This document shows, piece after piece, positions 1 through 12,754 of a stretch of DNA of 64,000 bases. Position numbers and translations under genes: made by a program. The stretch comes from Amphiscolops sp. MND2022 (Eukaryota), in the NCBI GenBank assembly GCA_964187785.1, contig OZ076420.1, positions 19,034,001 to 19,098,000 on the forward strand, read 5' to 3'. The notes beneath the pieces are model-generated. The model did no database searches. It was given only the letters and a program-made list of their open reading frames with translations, and was not told the DNA's origin. Within the stretch, counting starts at the first letter, position 1; each line of letters begins with the position of its first letter.

Positions 1-427
1 AATCCTGGCAGGTTCCAAACAACGTCTCTCCGAGAGTTTGAGTAAAAAAGTTTTCAATTCGTTTTTTTTACACTCTCGGAACAGTACTGAAAATACGAAT
101 TTTCAACAAGTTATTTTCATTTCTCAGTTCCCAGACGTTCCGAATGGATTTAACAGTAGCATAAGAAGGTGTAACAACTCATTTCAGGCGCTTTGGGCTT
201 TTTCAATATATACTTTTGATGATATAACTCTCAGGTCTATGGGGCCCTCTACTAGGTCTATTTATATAAAAGAAAATCAAGTGTTATAGTTTCATATTAT
301 CATGGGGAATGCTAGAAAACGTCCTGGCAGTAGTGTTTTGTACTACCAAGCTCGAGAAAAGGGTTTTGAGCTGCTTTAGAAGCTTGGAAACAAACGCCCA
401 AGGCTTCGCCCTCACCAAATTTGGTCC
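1..427. repeat. Left arm of a long imperfect inverted repeat (partner at 2384-2810); runs off the window start
   Basis: 1-42 (aatcctggcaggttccaaacaacgtctctccgagagtttgag) is the reverse complement of ~2769-2810. The ~360-427 segment matches ~2384-2450 in reverse. Similarity is continuous but diverged in between. Confidence 0.8.
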
Positions 428-434
428 AAAAATT

Positions 435-587
435 TGTTCAACAAGACGCCCACTAAGCACCGGGATAATTTCCGCCAAAAAAGTAACGGATCAGCACCGG
501 TTCGAACCCACGACCTCGTGTCTGTCGGCCAGACGCACTACCAACAGCGTAAAATATCCGGGTGCTTAGCGGGCGTCTTGTTGAACA
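435..587. mobile_element. MITE-like element with ~36-bp terminal inverted repeats and a tRNA-like (Pol III B-box) core
   Basis: Left end tgttcaacaagacgcccactaagcaccgggataattt (435-471) is a near-perfect reverse complement of the right end (552-587). The interior has GGTTCGAACCC (499-509); on the - strand it reads TGGTAG...GAGGTCGTGGGTTCGAACC. A partial end copy lies at ~45093-45125. Confidence 0.65.
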
Positions 588-1360
588 GATTTTTAATTAT
601 CTTAGTTTTAGCATAGGCCCGTAGGATACTTAACAAAGTAGTCAAGACTTTACCGTACGGGTTTTCTAACAAAAAGTTGACATCGAAAGATTTATTAGCG
701 TTGAATGCTGCATTGATAGGGCTGCACACTATGTAACGGTACCATCTGATGCAATGCTTATGATGATGGCGATGACGAAACTCTGAAGTTATTGAAAAAT
801 TCGAACTCCAGTTGTGACGTGGCATTGGGCATATGACTGCTCTTTTTGCTGTTTCTGCGGATTCGGAAGGCATATGAGTCTTCAAAAACCAAACGGAGAC
901 CAAACGACAGCAAGAGCAAGAAGACACAAGAAACAAGACGCCCTTTTAGCAAGTGCTAGTGTAACGTCCTGCAGTCAGCGAACGAAAAATACAAATTTTG
1001 AGATTCGGTACCGGAAATTGTAAAAGAAGCAGAAAAACGCACAAAACCCCCCCACCCAGCACGAGACAGAACACCCCGCAATAGAAGTATCCCCGAAATC
1101 GCCGCGTGGGACCATCTCCCTCGAAGACATCCCAGCTACCGCCGCAACCCGAAAAATGACCCAAGAGATGAAGAAAATCAGAAGTTTGCATATTTTGCAT
1201 GTGCCACCTAGCAGGTCAAAAACTAGCTGACACTTTTCATGTTTCTTCAGTCTGTTGTACCAATTTTGTGGTTTTTGCAAATATTTGGTGATGTTTGACC
1301 CTTGTTTTCGTTATTTTAGACGTTTTTCATCTAATTAAAATGTACTTTAGCTCAACCCCT

Positions 1361-1615
1361 ATTTTCGGACCTCGGAGGTATGTAGAGTCGCAGGAACGTT
1401 AGGAACCTTAGGATAGGTTTTTACAGGCTTTTGGGACGAGTCCGGACTTTGACCTCTAACTGGGGAGCCTCCTTTGACGTTTGAAAAAGACATTTTAAGA
1501 GACCATTTCGGGATTAAGAACTAATGTCTAGGGCTGTAGTAAGGCAACGGTCTCCTGTTTAAGCACCCTAGGCAATATTCCACTTCTATGATGTACTCTG
1601 CTAGGTGGACGTTAC
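1361..1615 (+). repeat. Dispersed repeat, diverged direct copy at ~9430-9690
   Basis: Shared blocks in the same order at both loci: ttttcggacctcgg, gtccggactttga, tgtagtaagRcaaYggtctcctgtttaag, gatgtac. Confidence 0.7.
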
Positions 1616-2383
1616 CTCTAGAATAGTTTTTATGGCGCCCCACAAGGGACCCTTTTTCATTTTCGCGTCGTACTAGTAAGGTTTGCTGCTTTCCGGCCCA
1701 GAAGGGTCCAGATCTAGGAAAACTTTCTGGAGTGTCTTAAATTTTTTGCCTTTTTCTAGCCTTTCAGGCTTTCTACTAGTGTTTTTCCTGCGTTTCTTGC
1801 GTGTTTCCGAGATCTGAAATGAGACATTATCAATTTATAGCAAAGTACCGTTCAGATACCGTTTCTGTTTGTTGAAAATAACCATCCGGCTAAACCGAAT
1901 TTTGTTGAGAGTGCTTTGTAGCTCTATTTCAGTCTTTTTGCAAAGCACGAGGACGGGGAAAAAGCAGAGTGACAGTCCTTACCCCATCAACGGTGACGAA
2001 GTGGAGACGAACTGTACAACACCACTTCCCTCACCCAATTGATTGCAGCTAATCGGCTGAGTTACATCAATCTTTTTGTTTTCGTGGCTTGAAAAGCCTT
2101 TACCTAGGCGTACCCTCATTAGTATGAATAGAGAAAAATACCCATAGGGTATTCCGATTGTTTTCTGAGAAATTATAGCGAGCTAGCCATAACACCTGAT
2201 ATAGCTCGATTTTGGACTTTACTACTGTCAAAAGCCAAAATTTTTTACAACAGGTTACGGCTAGTGAGAATACTGAAAAAACGTTCCATCAGACCTGGTA
2301 CGTCAGTAACAGTTTTTTTAGGCTAAATTGTGAAAATAACAAAAAATTTTTTTTGTTGAAAAAACATCAAACTTGGCCTAAAA

Positions 2384-2810
2384 GACCAAATTTGGTGAAG
2401 GCGAAGCCTTAGGCGTTTGTTTCCAAGCTTCTCAAAGCAACCCAAAAACCCTTTTCTTGAGCTTGGGAGTACAAAACACTACTGCCAGGACGTTTTCTAG
2501 CCTTCCCCAATATAAATTGAAACTATAACACTTGATTTTTTTTGTATACAAAAACCTGAGTGGAGGGCCCATAAAGCTCAGAGTTATAACATCAAAAGTA
2601 TTTATTGAAGAAGCCCCAAGCCCCTGAAATAAGTTGTTACACCTTCTTATGCTACTGTTAAAACCATTTGGAACGTCTGGGAACTGAGGAATAAAATTTA
2701 CTTGTTGAAAAATCGTATTTTCAGTACTGTTCCGAGAGTGTAAAAAAACAAATTGAAAACTTTTTGACTCAAACTCTCGGAGAGACGTTGTTTGGAACCT
2801 GCCAGGATTC
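2384..2810. repeat. Right arm of the long imperfect inverted repeat (partner at 1-427)
   Basis: Reverse complement of 1-427; ORF 2432-2950 repeats the peptide of ORF 38-289 (FxHSRNSTENTxFQQVxFIxQFPDVPNGFNSSIRRCNN). Confidence 0.8.
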
Positions 2811-3350
2811 GCTTGACTTTTTTTGTTTTTAAGGAGTGTAACGTTACAAACGCAAAAAACCGCAAGTGATTCCAACCAGTGATTGTCGAGAAATTGCTGA
2901 AAACGTGTTCTTTTCGCGACATTTTGGGAACCCTGGAGTAGTGTCCCCAAGGCAAGTCTAAATCTCTCCTATTAGGAGCAGCCTCAAACGGATTGCAACA
3001 CAGTGTAGACTGCAAAAAGTTACGTTGATATTGTTGTCCTGAGTCGTTACTTTTGGGTTGAAACCATCAAGGTGAAAACGGCCCATGCATGTAGGGAAGC
3101 TTTGAAAAATGTATTTGCCAAGAATGACTAAAACCCAAAAGTCACTAAAACCCAAACTTTGCCGTGAAACACATCAATTAGACAAAAGTTTAGGTTGACA
3201 AGGTTCGCGAATTTTCGGGCGAATATGCAACTTTCTGCATAAATAGGGAAATAGGTTTTTTCCACCAAAAGTGAGACAAAATCTGCATTTGCCGAAAGAA
3301 AATCAGATCTTTGAAGTCTTTAATATTTAAATACGTGCACGAACATGACC

Positions 3351-3428
3351 AAAGTCAAAGACTGCGACGGCGAAATTATACAAGGCAAATTTTACGAATC
3401 TGAACTCGTGCGATTCGCTTCATATTGA
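3351..3428 (+). pseudogene. C-terminal remnant of a Polinton/Maverick retroviral-like integrase
   Basis: Translates to KVKDCDGEIIQGKFYESELVRFASY*, matching the YKLKDxxGExIxGxFYExEL motif at the end of Maverick integrases. It lies directly upstream of capsid-like genes. Confidence 0.65.
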
Positions 3429-3490
3429 CTTCGTGAAAGATGGACAGACACTCAGCAAGTGTTGAGCTTTCCAGTTGCAGCCAAGAATTC

Positions 3491-4420
3491 ACCATGAATC
3501 TCATTCCGAATGCTTCCATGGAAACTTTTCCCGAAAACACATTGTCCCGTTATACGACTCTTTTACCCACACCAATCCATCTTTCGAGGGAATGGCAGGT
3601 GGCTCTCCTGGAAATCGCTGGGCCCAATATTAATCAGAATGTGACTTTGGGAGGTTTTAGGATATACAAACTAAACAACCAGCCACTTCCGCTTCTCGAG
3701 AAGCGACCACGCAAGCACACCCGATCCGGTGCCAATTCAATGGCAATTCCTGCAGCATTCGATCGTCAATCTCCTTCTACTCTACCGTTTTACACTGCTC
3801 CTGTAAAACACCGCCTAAAGCCAGGTTGTTATACCTCCGTGGATTCAATTTTAGCACCAATCAGGAAAATCGAGAGGAAGAAATTGGAAGAAAACGGAAC
3901 TCTTTGTCCGCTGACAAGGTTTCGTCAGTTTTGTCATGGAAAGTTGTAATGTAACCAAGAAACTACAGGTGAAATTTTGGGGAAATTTTCACCGAGTCCG
4001 ATAATTTTCGAAACATTTTGGGTACGAATGAAATCTTTGATTGTGGTGAGTTACATGAAGAAGCTGAAGAGATCAATGCAGAAACTGCATCAAACACAAA
4101 TGTCAAGCATTTTGAAAAATGGCCACCTGACTTGAATGCAGGCAGCCAGCAGCCATACGATGTTTTTGCTTTGCGATCTCGTACAAAAACAAACATTCGG
4201 TGATAAGCAGACGGCCCCCTTGCAATCGATTCTTGTTAAAAATTTAGTATTGGCTCAAACATCGGGAGAGATGAGTTACGAAAGTTTCACCAATCTGCAA
4301 AGGAAACTCGTCATTAAATCGCTATTTCAGTCAACCAACGTCACTCTCGCCAGTGAAATTGGTGAAAAATTCCATTCTTGAGTTGCGGCTTCCATGCCAA
4401 CACCTCCACACTGACTAGAC
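3491..4420 (+). pseudogene. Decayed Polinton/Maverick minor capsid protein (penton-like), frameshifted
   Basis: N-terminus LIPNASMETFPENTLSRYTTLLPTPIHLSREWQVALLEI fits the LPSNxSMxxFPxNTLxxFxTxLPxxIxLxGxWEVxLxEI start of Maverick pentons. C-terminus HTMFLLCDLVQKQTFGDKQTAPLQSI (ORF 4136-4381) fits the xYVYCDIVxxQxVGDxxAPLLRxI motif. Confidence 0.75.
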
Positions 4421-4491
4421 ATCATTCATTCTGAAATTAGTGAAAAGTAAAGTCGCTCAAATTGACCATATTTAACTTGATTGGTTCCGGA

Positions 4492-4625
4492 ATGGATGCC
4501 CATTATGATTCACAGATTGAAACCAATACCCACACAACGTTCAGCGGACTTGCAAGACCAATGGGATCTGGGGGTGGCATCGCAGATTTTGCTGTTCGAA
4601 AGGGTCGTGTAGCCATTCCACAATT
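4492..4625 (+). pseudogene. Remnant of a small Polinton core-like protein gene
   Basis: MDAHYDSQIETNTHTTFSGLARPMGSGGGIADFAVRKGRVAIP resembles the YYxxQ...FxGxxxQRGxGxG...RxAxP small protein found before the major capsid gene in Mavericks. Confidence 0.5.
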
Positions 4626-4649
4626 GTTACTTACACTCGGTCTTTGTGG

Positions 4650-5158
4650 AAACTGAATAGACTACCGACACTGACCGTAAAGCTTCATGGGCCAAATGTC
4701 GAGGCTACAACTATTAAGTCAAGTCCAATGAGAAAGATCACTTGTTCAACAAGCTTGCAGCAAGTTTGGCCCAAATGAAAACCCAATGCAAAATGCAGAT
4801 TTGCGGTGCTCTCCACATAGAATTTCTGGATTGCGGAGAACGTTCACTGCCCAATTTCACTATACAGATTCGTCTTTACCGATCGCCTAATACCACTATC
4901 ATCCATCTCAAAGGCACCGATGACGAAGCAAAGGCGCACGATGGAAAACTTTTGGCCATTGTCGAGAAGGTTTCGCTTTTTGTGAGAAAGGTTGTAGTAA
5001 CTGACAGTGTTAAATCGTCGGTAGAAAGAGCACTGGTGAAAAGCTATGCAATGTATCCGTATATTGAGAGTTTGAACAAAAGATTCATTATTCAAGCCGG
5101 TCAAAACTGTTTCATAAAAGAAAATGATTTTGGCACCGAGCCAACTCGTTGGCACTGA
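4650..5158 (+). pseudogene. Internal fragment of a Polinton/Maverick major capsid protein (double jelly-roll)
   Basis: GALHIEFLD...IQIRLYRS...IVEKVSLFVRKVVVTDSV...AMYPY...RFIIQAGQ...KENDFGTEPTR matches the GxLHxDxF, IxLxRS, ASLFVRKV, AxYP and FTIPxG motif series of Maverick hexon-like capsids. Confidence 0.75.
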
Positions 5159-5529
5159 GCTAGAAACTCCTTGTTCGGTAGTACGTCACTGAACGAGCCG
5201 CCTTCCTCAGAAGTAGAGCAACAACAAGATCAAGCAGACAATGCACGCGGTCGCAGAATGGATCAAGAAGTGGACTTCGAACCAGAGCTCAGTCTAGAAC
5301 CTTAGAACCTGCAATGACTTCGATAACATTCCTGAGACTACCTCACAGGATCAACACAATCCCGAGAAAGTGTCATTGTTTGTGCCCGCGTGCACAAAGG
5401 GGGTTTGTGGCTGTTAACTTTGGAGCATAGAAGGGTGAGGAATGAATTGAAGAATTAATTGATTAGTTGTTCAAGTATAAAGCAAAGTTGGTTTACATTG
5501 AAGATTAGGTTAAAAGAATGTTAACAGGA

Positions 5530-6310
5530 ATGGGAATTATGACTTGGTTACAGGATTACAGCTCATGAAGGAACCAGCAGCTACAGGTGGAAGTTTAATA
5601 ATGGATTACCAAGAACAGTGCATGTTTCTCAAATTATTTCAACTCAAAAATGTCCTAGGAAGGGATTCATAAAACGTTAAAGGTACTTTAGCAGGTACCA
5701 GACGAGTCGTTGTCTGGGAAGGAACTCTTTCATTGACTTATTAGATACAACCGGTAAGAAAGTAACGCAAGTTGAATCAGCTTTTTACCGATTCCGTCAT
5801 GTTCAAAGACATTTGAACAGGCTGCACAAAAGCATTATTTCTGTATGGTGTGGTGAACTGAATGAAAGATGGTCAAATTACGTAACGTTTGAACTGAAGG
5901 AACTTCCTTATGAAAGAACGAATATTTTAGTTCGTGTCCCGAACAGTCATCGCAAATACAACTATACCAGCTGAGACGCAATTGAGTACCGCGACGTAGA
6001 TGTGGAACCTGCGGTTCTTGCAACTGTAGTGCCTTAACCATGTTGAAAAGAACTCCGGAGCAGCGATTGGCCCGGGGAGCGGATGCTCGTGCCCAGGAGT
6101 TAGTCGACACAATCATATCAGACGATCTACAACCTAGAATCGTTTCGACTCAGGCCAAAAACCAGAACATCTTATCAGTACATAGCATCGTGATAACTGT
6201 AGAGAAGACCTTTTCCAGCATTGAACTAGGAGTGGCTCCACCACTGGAATCTACTTTGAAAGCGACGCATGAAACGTCACGTACAGATTGTCCTACCTAT
6301 CGTTTCAAAT
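5530..6310 (-). pseudogene. Heavily decayed Ty3/gypsy-type integrase fragment
   Basis: Broken - strand frames give DSSGGATPSSMLEKV (HHCC-region-like), LFGTRTKI..S*GSSFSS (FGxPxxIxSDxGxxF-like) and SPHHTE (YHPQ-like) in integrase order, with many stops and frameshifts. Confidence 0.4.
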
Positions 6311-6422
6311 AGTGGACGTAGCAATGTATGAGCGCATTAGAGTTCACGCTAGCTGCTATCTTTCCTCCACTCCTCCTCCAATGATGGCGTTTGAGAATGT
6401 AGAACCTAAGGACAAAAATGTA

Positions 6423-6799
6423 AGAAGCCGGGAACGGCCCAAGTCGGCGCCATATCTAAGGCTCAAAAAGACTCGAAAACCACTTTTTATACAACTGGAG
6501 ACAACAAGAACTCTCAAAAAACTAAAAATTGAAAAAAAATTCCAAAATTTTTTTGAATTATTATTTCGAAAAGTCCGGTAAGTCGCATAGTGCCAAAAAA
6601 TGTAAGAGGGGGGACGCTTTATATCTCATGTTAGACGCTTTGGATGCGTTGAAAATGAAGTACTAAGTACATATGGTAAAAATTGGTGAATGTGCATTAA
6701 TTGCCTTAATGCACAAAAAGTGGACGTTCGCGTTGAGCTGACGAAAAAAAACTAGCCACTGTAAGAGTCGGGATTTTCTTCAAAAACGCCGACTAAAAA
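6423..6799 (-). mobile_element. Helentron/HINE-like non-autonomous rolling-circle element, copy 1
   Basis: Subterminal inverted repeats agtcggcgcc (6442-6451) and acgccgact+aaaaa (6786-6799), a partial internal inverted copy agtcgg at ~6766, and a terminal hairpin gccg-ggaa-cggc (6427-6438). Confidence 0.6.
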
Positions 6800-9700
6800 T
6801 GATACGCTGAATCACTGCGAATCAGCTATTGGAACAGGTGTGACCTCTCTACCTGGAGATGTATATCGCCCAACCGACGGGTTGTGGTTACTAGCCACCT
6901 CCCTAGATGAAACATCACAAAAGACAACCGGGACTCTGTTGATTTGTCTAGAGAAAATACGTACACTCGTGGAGTTCGACAACACTCTTTGTTCAATCTT
7001 AGCGGTTATATTTCGTGGAAACTTCCGGAGCAAAAATTGGTTAGAGCTACTTGCGATAACTTTCTGCCGACAAGCCAAGATACGCCCATCGGATAAACAC
7101 ACCTACACGTTTGAAAACCAGTAACGGTGCATGAAGTCCAATGAAGTGGCAATCGACCAATACATAGGACGGTGTGGCAAAACCGCAAAGTCATTGGACC
7201 ACCTAACACCACATCCAGACAGTCCGAGCACCTTATATGATATTTGTTGACAACACAACCGAAAGTCAAGCCAAATTATCTACAATAGATATCCTTTGGC
7301 GTATCAGACAACTTGCAAGCGCGTGGTACCGTAGTAGTATCCTGTCCAGCAGACGTTACGTCTTATTTAGCGATGACGCGCTGCATCAGCCAGGAATATG
7401 GACAACAAAACGTTTTTGAACAAAGACCAGCTGTAGGGCAATCGCCAACTGCACTATGGAATAATGACATATTCCTATTGTTCACAAGAGCTTCCAACGA
7501 ACATCCTATGTTTCTTGATGTTTTACATATGTGTTTTGATAGACTTAGTTCAGGAGCTCATTCAAAATCGCATTCTGCAAACACATTTTCCTTTCTACGA
7601 CCCAGAAACAATAATTAATAATTACCAACATGGTACGTTGTATTAAAATATCACTTTATCGATTCCAATATCAGTATAGTCCTCCACGATAGAGTACACG
7701 TATCAATCGCATCAGTCACAGCAAACAGTAGCAACAAACAAGCACAAGTCATTCTCAGCACCAATAGCACCTAGTAATAGCCACTACCGAGTCCACTGGC
7801 TTTCTTTAATTCTTGTGTTTCGTTTTAACCGATTTTTGAACCCTTGTTAAAGCGAATTGTCAAAAACGTTTTGTTTGTCAACTACTCAACGCCTGATCGC
7901 ATTCTGTTTTTTCCCGAGAAAGTGTTCCAAACCACTAACGAAATTTGTTTTTCAGTTTAGTCCCTTGTTCCCTTGCTTCCGTGGCACAATCATTCCACAG
8001 CGATCAACGTCTCGGAAGGTGCTACCTATTAACGATGTATACTTACATTTCTTGCCTCTGCTCTTCCTTTTCTACCACTTACGTATCTGTTGTAAAAGTT
8101 GCACTATAACGTCGTTTTGCCTTTACTCGTTGCGTAAGCGTTTCATGTTGCTAGGAGCTTGAACATTCAATACTCTAACCAATTAGGATCCGATTAACAA
8201 ATACAAGAAGCCGATAATGTTATCTACAAATGACTGTCGAATAACTACCGACAGCAACTGAGCAGTGGTAAAACCGTACATAACAGTTGACAATTATGAC
8301 ATCCATCATGGTTGTTTTCAAATCACAGGCCTCCAAACTTTTAACTCAGCCTGTGATTTAGGCAAAACATTCCATTAAGGAATAAGTTTCAGGTTGAATC
8401 TCGTAATTGTCATCTGACTAGAGTTGTACGTCCTAGTCCCACGGTAATTGGCTTCTGAAATGGTTGTTCTGCCCGACCTTTATACCCTAGAATGGACGAT
8501 GAATGAACTCCCGGAAATCATGGATGAACACAGTGACTGAAATTCATCCTAATCACATCAGAGCACAACGGACTGAATGGACTCCTTTGTTTTGCCTAAT
8601 ATTTCGAATGCTTTAGTTGTTTTGCCCCATATTGGTGCTTTTCACAGTGCAGTTGTTTTTTGACATAAATTGTGACGCTTCTTTTTCATGATCGTGGCTG
8701 TCACGTACGTATGCCTTCAAGTTGCTATAGCACATGTATAAAAATCTACCCGGTAGGTAGGTCTCAACTTGGTGCCTCCCAGCCTGAATGAAAAAAAGAG
8801 GTGCAATTTAATGTTTCACACTCATGCTTTTCTCTGTGCCCCTAAGTGCCGCGTAATTTACCACCCTTAAAAAGAAGTTTTTACCAGTCTTGAATCGAAT
8901 GAATGGCAAGAGTTTTTAACAAGACTGATTTCATCTTTCAAACATCCAAAAAAGTGCTACTAAATTGGTGTATAAATCTTTTGAACAAGTATATTGAAAC
9001 AAAAACGGGAAATAATGTTACTAAAACCTAGTCGACAAACAACGACCCCATGGACGACAAACTACGGCCCAGATAGTTTGTAACGGCAAGCATCAGGGAC
9101 CATAAATTCGAGGTATTGCACTTAAAAATGGCCGACCTGGCAGGTACTTGAAATAATCCGAGTGTTTTGCCGTCTCATCCGGAAAACCCAAAACAGGTGC
9201 CTCACGGAAATGATGCCTTGGAAGACCCGGGATCGAGGTACAACATACCAATGGATCATTGCAAAAACTCCAAAAACTTTGTGAAAGTGTCGGAAGAGCT
9301 AATCCCAGTTTTATTTCCTTGCCATTGATGGTATTTTTCAGATTTATAATAGCGCCAGTACTAGCAGATCCCTAATTTCTCCATTTTAGATCCTTTTCCG
9401 GAAAAACAATGTCTTCCTACTATTTGCTGTTTTCGGACCTCGGGAGTATGTAGGAAATCACAGGAACCCTAGGAAACGTTTTTACGTGCTTGTGGGACGT
9501 GTCCGGACTTTGAGTGAGCCGGCATGGCGCCACGGTGCTCTAATTTGATGAGTCTCCTTGACACTATAAAAGGTCTCTTTTTGAGACCAAAAACTGATGT
9601 TTAGTGTTGTAGTAAGACAATGGTCTCCTGTTTAAGGCAACCTAGGCATTATCCCAGTTCTAGGATGTACGCTGCAAGCTGGACATTACAATAATCATTT

Positions 9701-12537
9701 ACCAACCTTCTTACAAAGATAATTCCCTGAAATACGTGAAATCGTAAAATTCAATTTATGTAGATAATTCGATGTTAAGGTATACTCCAAGATAGAAACT
9801 TGCCAAGATTATGTTTTCATGGAAACAGTTTCCTGGTTTTTTTTTTTTAAAAAAAATCTGTTCGCGTGTCTTGATGGTTTGTTTCTGCAAAGATATTGCT
9901 GTTCTGAAGAAATAGCAAGTTTCCTAGTTTTAGGATTGACGATGACAGTTTTCAAGAGGGAAAAATAAATTTTATGGAGAGCTCAATGTAAACTCGATAT
10001 AAATAAGCAAATCTATCTTATAACGTAGTATTTTCTCCATTGACTTTTATTGAAGTACTTGGAAAACCGAAGGACTTTGGAAACTGGGGTCTTGGTCTTC
10101 TGCCAGAATAGATGACCTAATTAGTGAAGAATCCTCGCAAACAAATAATTGCTAATAAGTTCTCAGTGGAAAATTCACACAATTTCCAGATTTCAGAAAA
10201 ACAGTGAAAATTTGCTTCTGGCGATTCTTCGCAGTTTACACACGGTATTAGTGCAAGAATCCAGAAAATTATTTCACTCCACTTTTCTCAATTCTTGAAA
10301 CGCATGAATTATAATGCAGTTGAAGAATCCACATAAGACTGCAACAGATTTGTTGCGGTCACTGTTTTTCCCCGATTGGCGTCGTAATGTGAACGATTGG
10401 AAACATGTCAGTTGAGATAAGGTTTTACCCATGACAAGATTGTTCCCGGATGTTGGCAAGATCTTGGCAACATGTCCATGAAGGTTAATTCGGGTCAACC
10501 CGCAGTGCTGACCATTGAACGTCTTTGGACGTCATTGAACGTTCTTCCATTGAACGTCTTTGGAGTTCTACAAAAAATAAAGAAGCGCTTTTGGATGAGA
10601 TTGGAACTTAATAATCTCCAAAAACAATAAGATCAACAATGCCTGTTTGAAATTACATTGTATCGATTTCCTGATTATGTCTTGAACGTTTATAATGTTT
10701 GATTAACTAATAACAGTGACATAATTGTAGTGGATTGTTATGGCTCAAAATCAGGCTTTGCTGTTGCTAACAGCGCTCGCATCTTACTATACTAAATGTT
10801 TCAACCATGGATTTACCCTAATAATCGAATCACTCGGTGGATTACTTCGCTGGCAAAGAAAGTTTGTGTAGTTTTAAAATTTCCGAGTTTTGTTAGTAGT
10901 CACGAAGTTTCAGAAATCTGAGGAAAGCGATTTTGTTTGTCATTTTAATTCAAACTACAACAACCCGTTCACAAATTATTTTTCACCTCAGTCCCTTCAG
11001 TCAATAATCAAATATAAGATCTTTCTATTTGGATCGGATTGTTTTTCAACACCCCGGCAATAGAAGAGATTCTATTATGGCGACATTCGATTTATGGACT
11101 GAGTAGAACATGCAAAAATTGAAACCAATTCAAGTTTATTGCTAGACTATATGTAAATAGTTTTAGACAAAATGTAAATTTGAGAATAGAGATGTTTGCG
11201 AATATAGCAAGTTCTTTAGTAAAAGGTGGAGTTGGATTTACTAGCCTTCAAATTAACAGTTTCGAGTGCTAGTGAAAGCTCTTCAAACACTTGATTCAGA
11301 AATGACCACGTCCAGTTCTCCAGGTTATAACTCTTCATTTGTTAGTTTACTCCCATACTTCGAACATCTGCGTAAGAAGAATGTTTTTAATTTTTTGAAC
11401 CAAGGGCTCTGGATTTCCAGGTATTTTTGTCTCAGATATTCACTGGAAAAATATTACCACTTTTCCTTGACGCTTTAAGTGAAACACCCAGACTATTAGA
11501 ATCACTCCTTTTTCTTTAGGACATTCGAATGCGACGAAACGGATGCTCGAAACGATTTGTCGCCAATATAAAAGTTGCTCTCGATTTTCTAGTTAACCCA
11601 GTGGTTAGAGCATCGGCTTCCGAAGCAAGAGAACGGAATTCGAATGTCTCTCATGTCAAAGTTTTTGCACCGCCTTTGAGCTGTTCTCGACTTGTTAATA
11701 TTAACATTTTGACGAGTAAAACCCCACAATTGATCATTTATAAGACCACTTCAAATTTAATTGAGGGGTTCCACAGGAGACGAACCGTATAATCGAGATG
11801 AGAGAAACAAATCAACTTATCTGTGAAAAATTATCATAAAAGATTGTTTAATATGTTGAACAAAAAATGGAATTGAAAAAAAACGAGTCATGAAGTCAAT
11901 TGAGGAAGGGGCGTTTATTAGAACTGAATTATAATAAGCAGTAGTGTTCAAAGAGAGAATAATAGCGACCTTTTTGTTCTTTTGTTACTGATGATTTGAG
12001 TTCTGAATTAATTTACTTCGAAATTTCAGCTATCAACTGAGTGTTTTTTTTACAAATTTAGGTATACCGTATACCCAGAATTGCTGTATAGTATCATTGA
12101 GAGCAACTATTCCATCCACTGATACAATGATAGGTTTTTTCCTTTCGGAAAAACAAATAATTACCTGTGGGTTTTCCCAGAATTGTATTCAATTTCTAAT
12201 CATATTAATTTGAGTGAAAATCTCTCTAGAACTTCATTTTCAAATATATTTGTTCTCATATCCTTGCAATGAGGATTTTGTCAGTGGACAAATTGTCTAA
12301 AGCATCTGTTATTTTGAGACCGCTTTTTGATTAACCCTCTGGAAATCGCTTTGGAAATATGAATTCAATGCAAAAACCACTAAGTGTATAAATCATTTAC
12401 TGAACGTTTTACTGGAATCTATAATGTGACATAATTTCGAACCAAGGACAAGATTTCTGTCATTCACTCGCATGAAGTGACTGAAGTGTTTCCACTGACA
12501 AGAAAGTGCGGAAGAACGATTAACAGAGTTCACTAAT

Positions 12538-12754
12538 TTCAAAAATTATAGAGTCATTGCATGTTTCCAAGCTATGATTAAGGTTCTTAATATGTATGAA
12601 CACCTTCCACGGTTAACAAAAGGTACGCGTTCTTGTACTTCAGCGGGAGACAATCATTTACTTGCGACATTTGTTTTCTAAATCACTTTTCTGTTGACTT
12701 CTCTGAATACAGTTGATTTTAAGTTACCAACTCTTCGTCTACTCGGCCTCAAAA
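12538..12754 (+). repeat. Recognisable part of the copia 5' LTR
   Basis: Colinear but clearly diverged match to 16674-16892 (shared tatagag, gcatg, aagctatga, acgcgtt, gggaga, gaatacagttga, cctcaaaa). Confidence 0.65.

Noticed and set aside
490-545. tRNA gene
   Set aside because: Has A/B-box-like motifs but no complete cloverleaf or acceptor stem that I could pair; treated as a tRNA-derived repeat core.
2432-2950. 172-aa ORF (and the similar 38-289 ORF) as genes
   Set aside because: Both lie in the inverted repeat arms; no recognisable domain, and the frame is not preserved between copies.
6812-7646. Cluster of short overlapping ORFs, possibly a retroelement remnant
   Set aside because: No motif could be assigned with confidence.
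7700-8700. Possible BEL/Pao gag remnant on the - strand (MYGFTTAQL-like)
   Set aside because: Similarity is too weak and fragmentary to call without a profile search.
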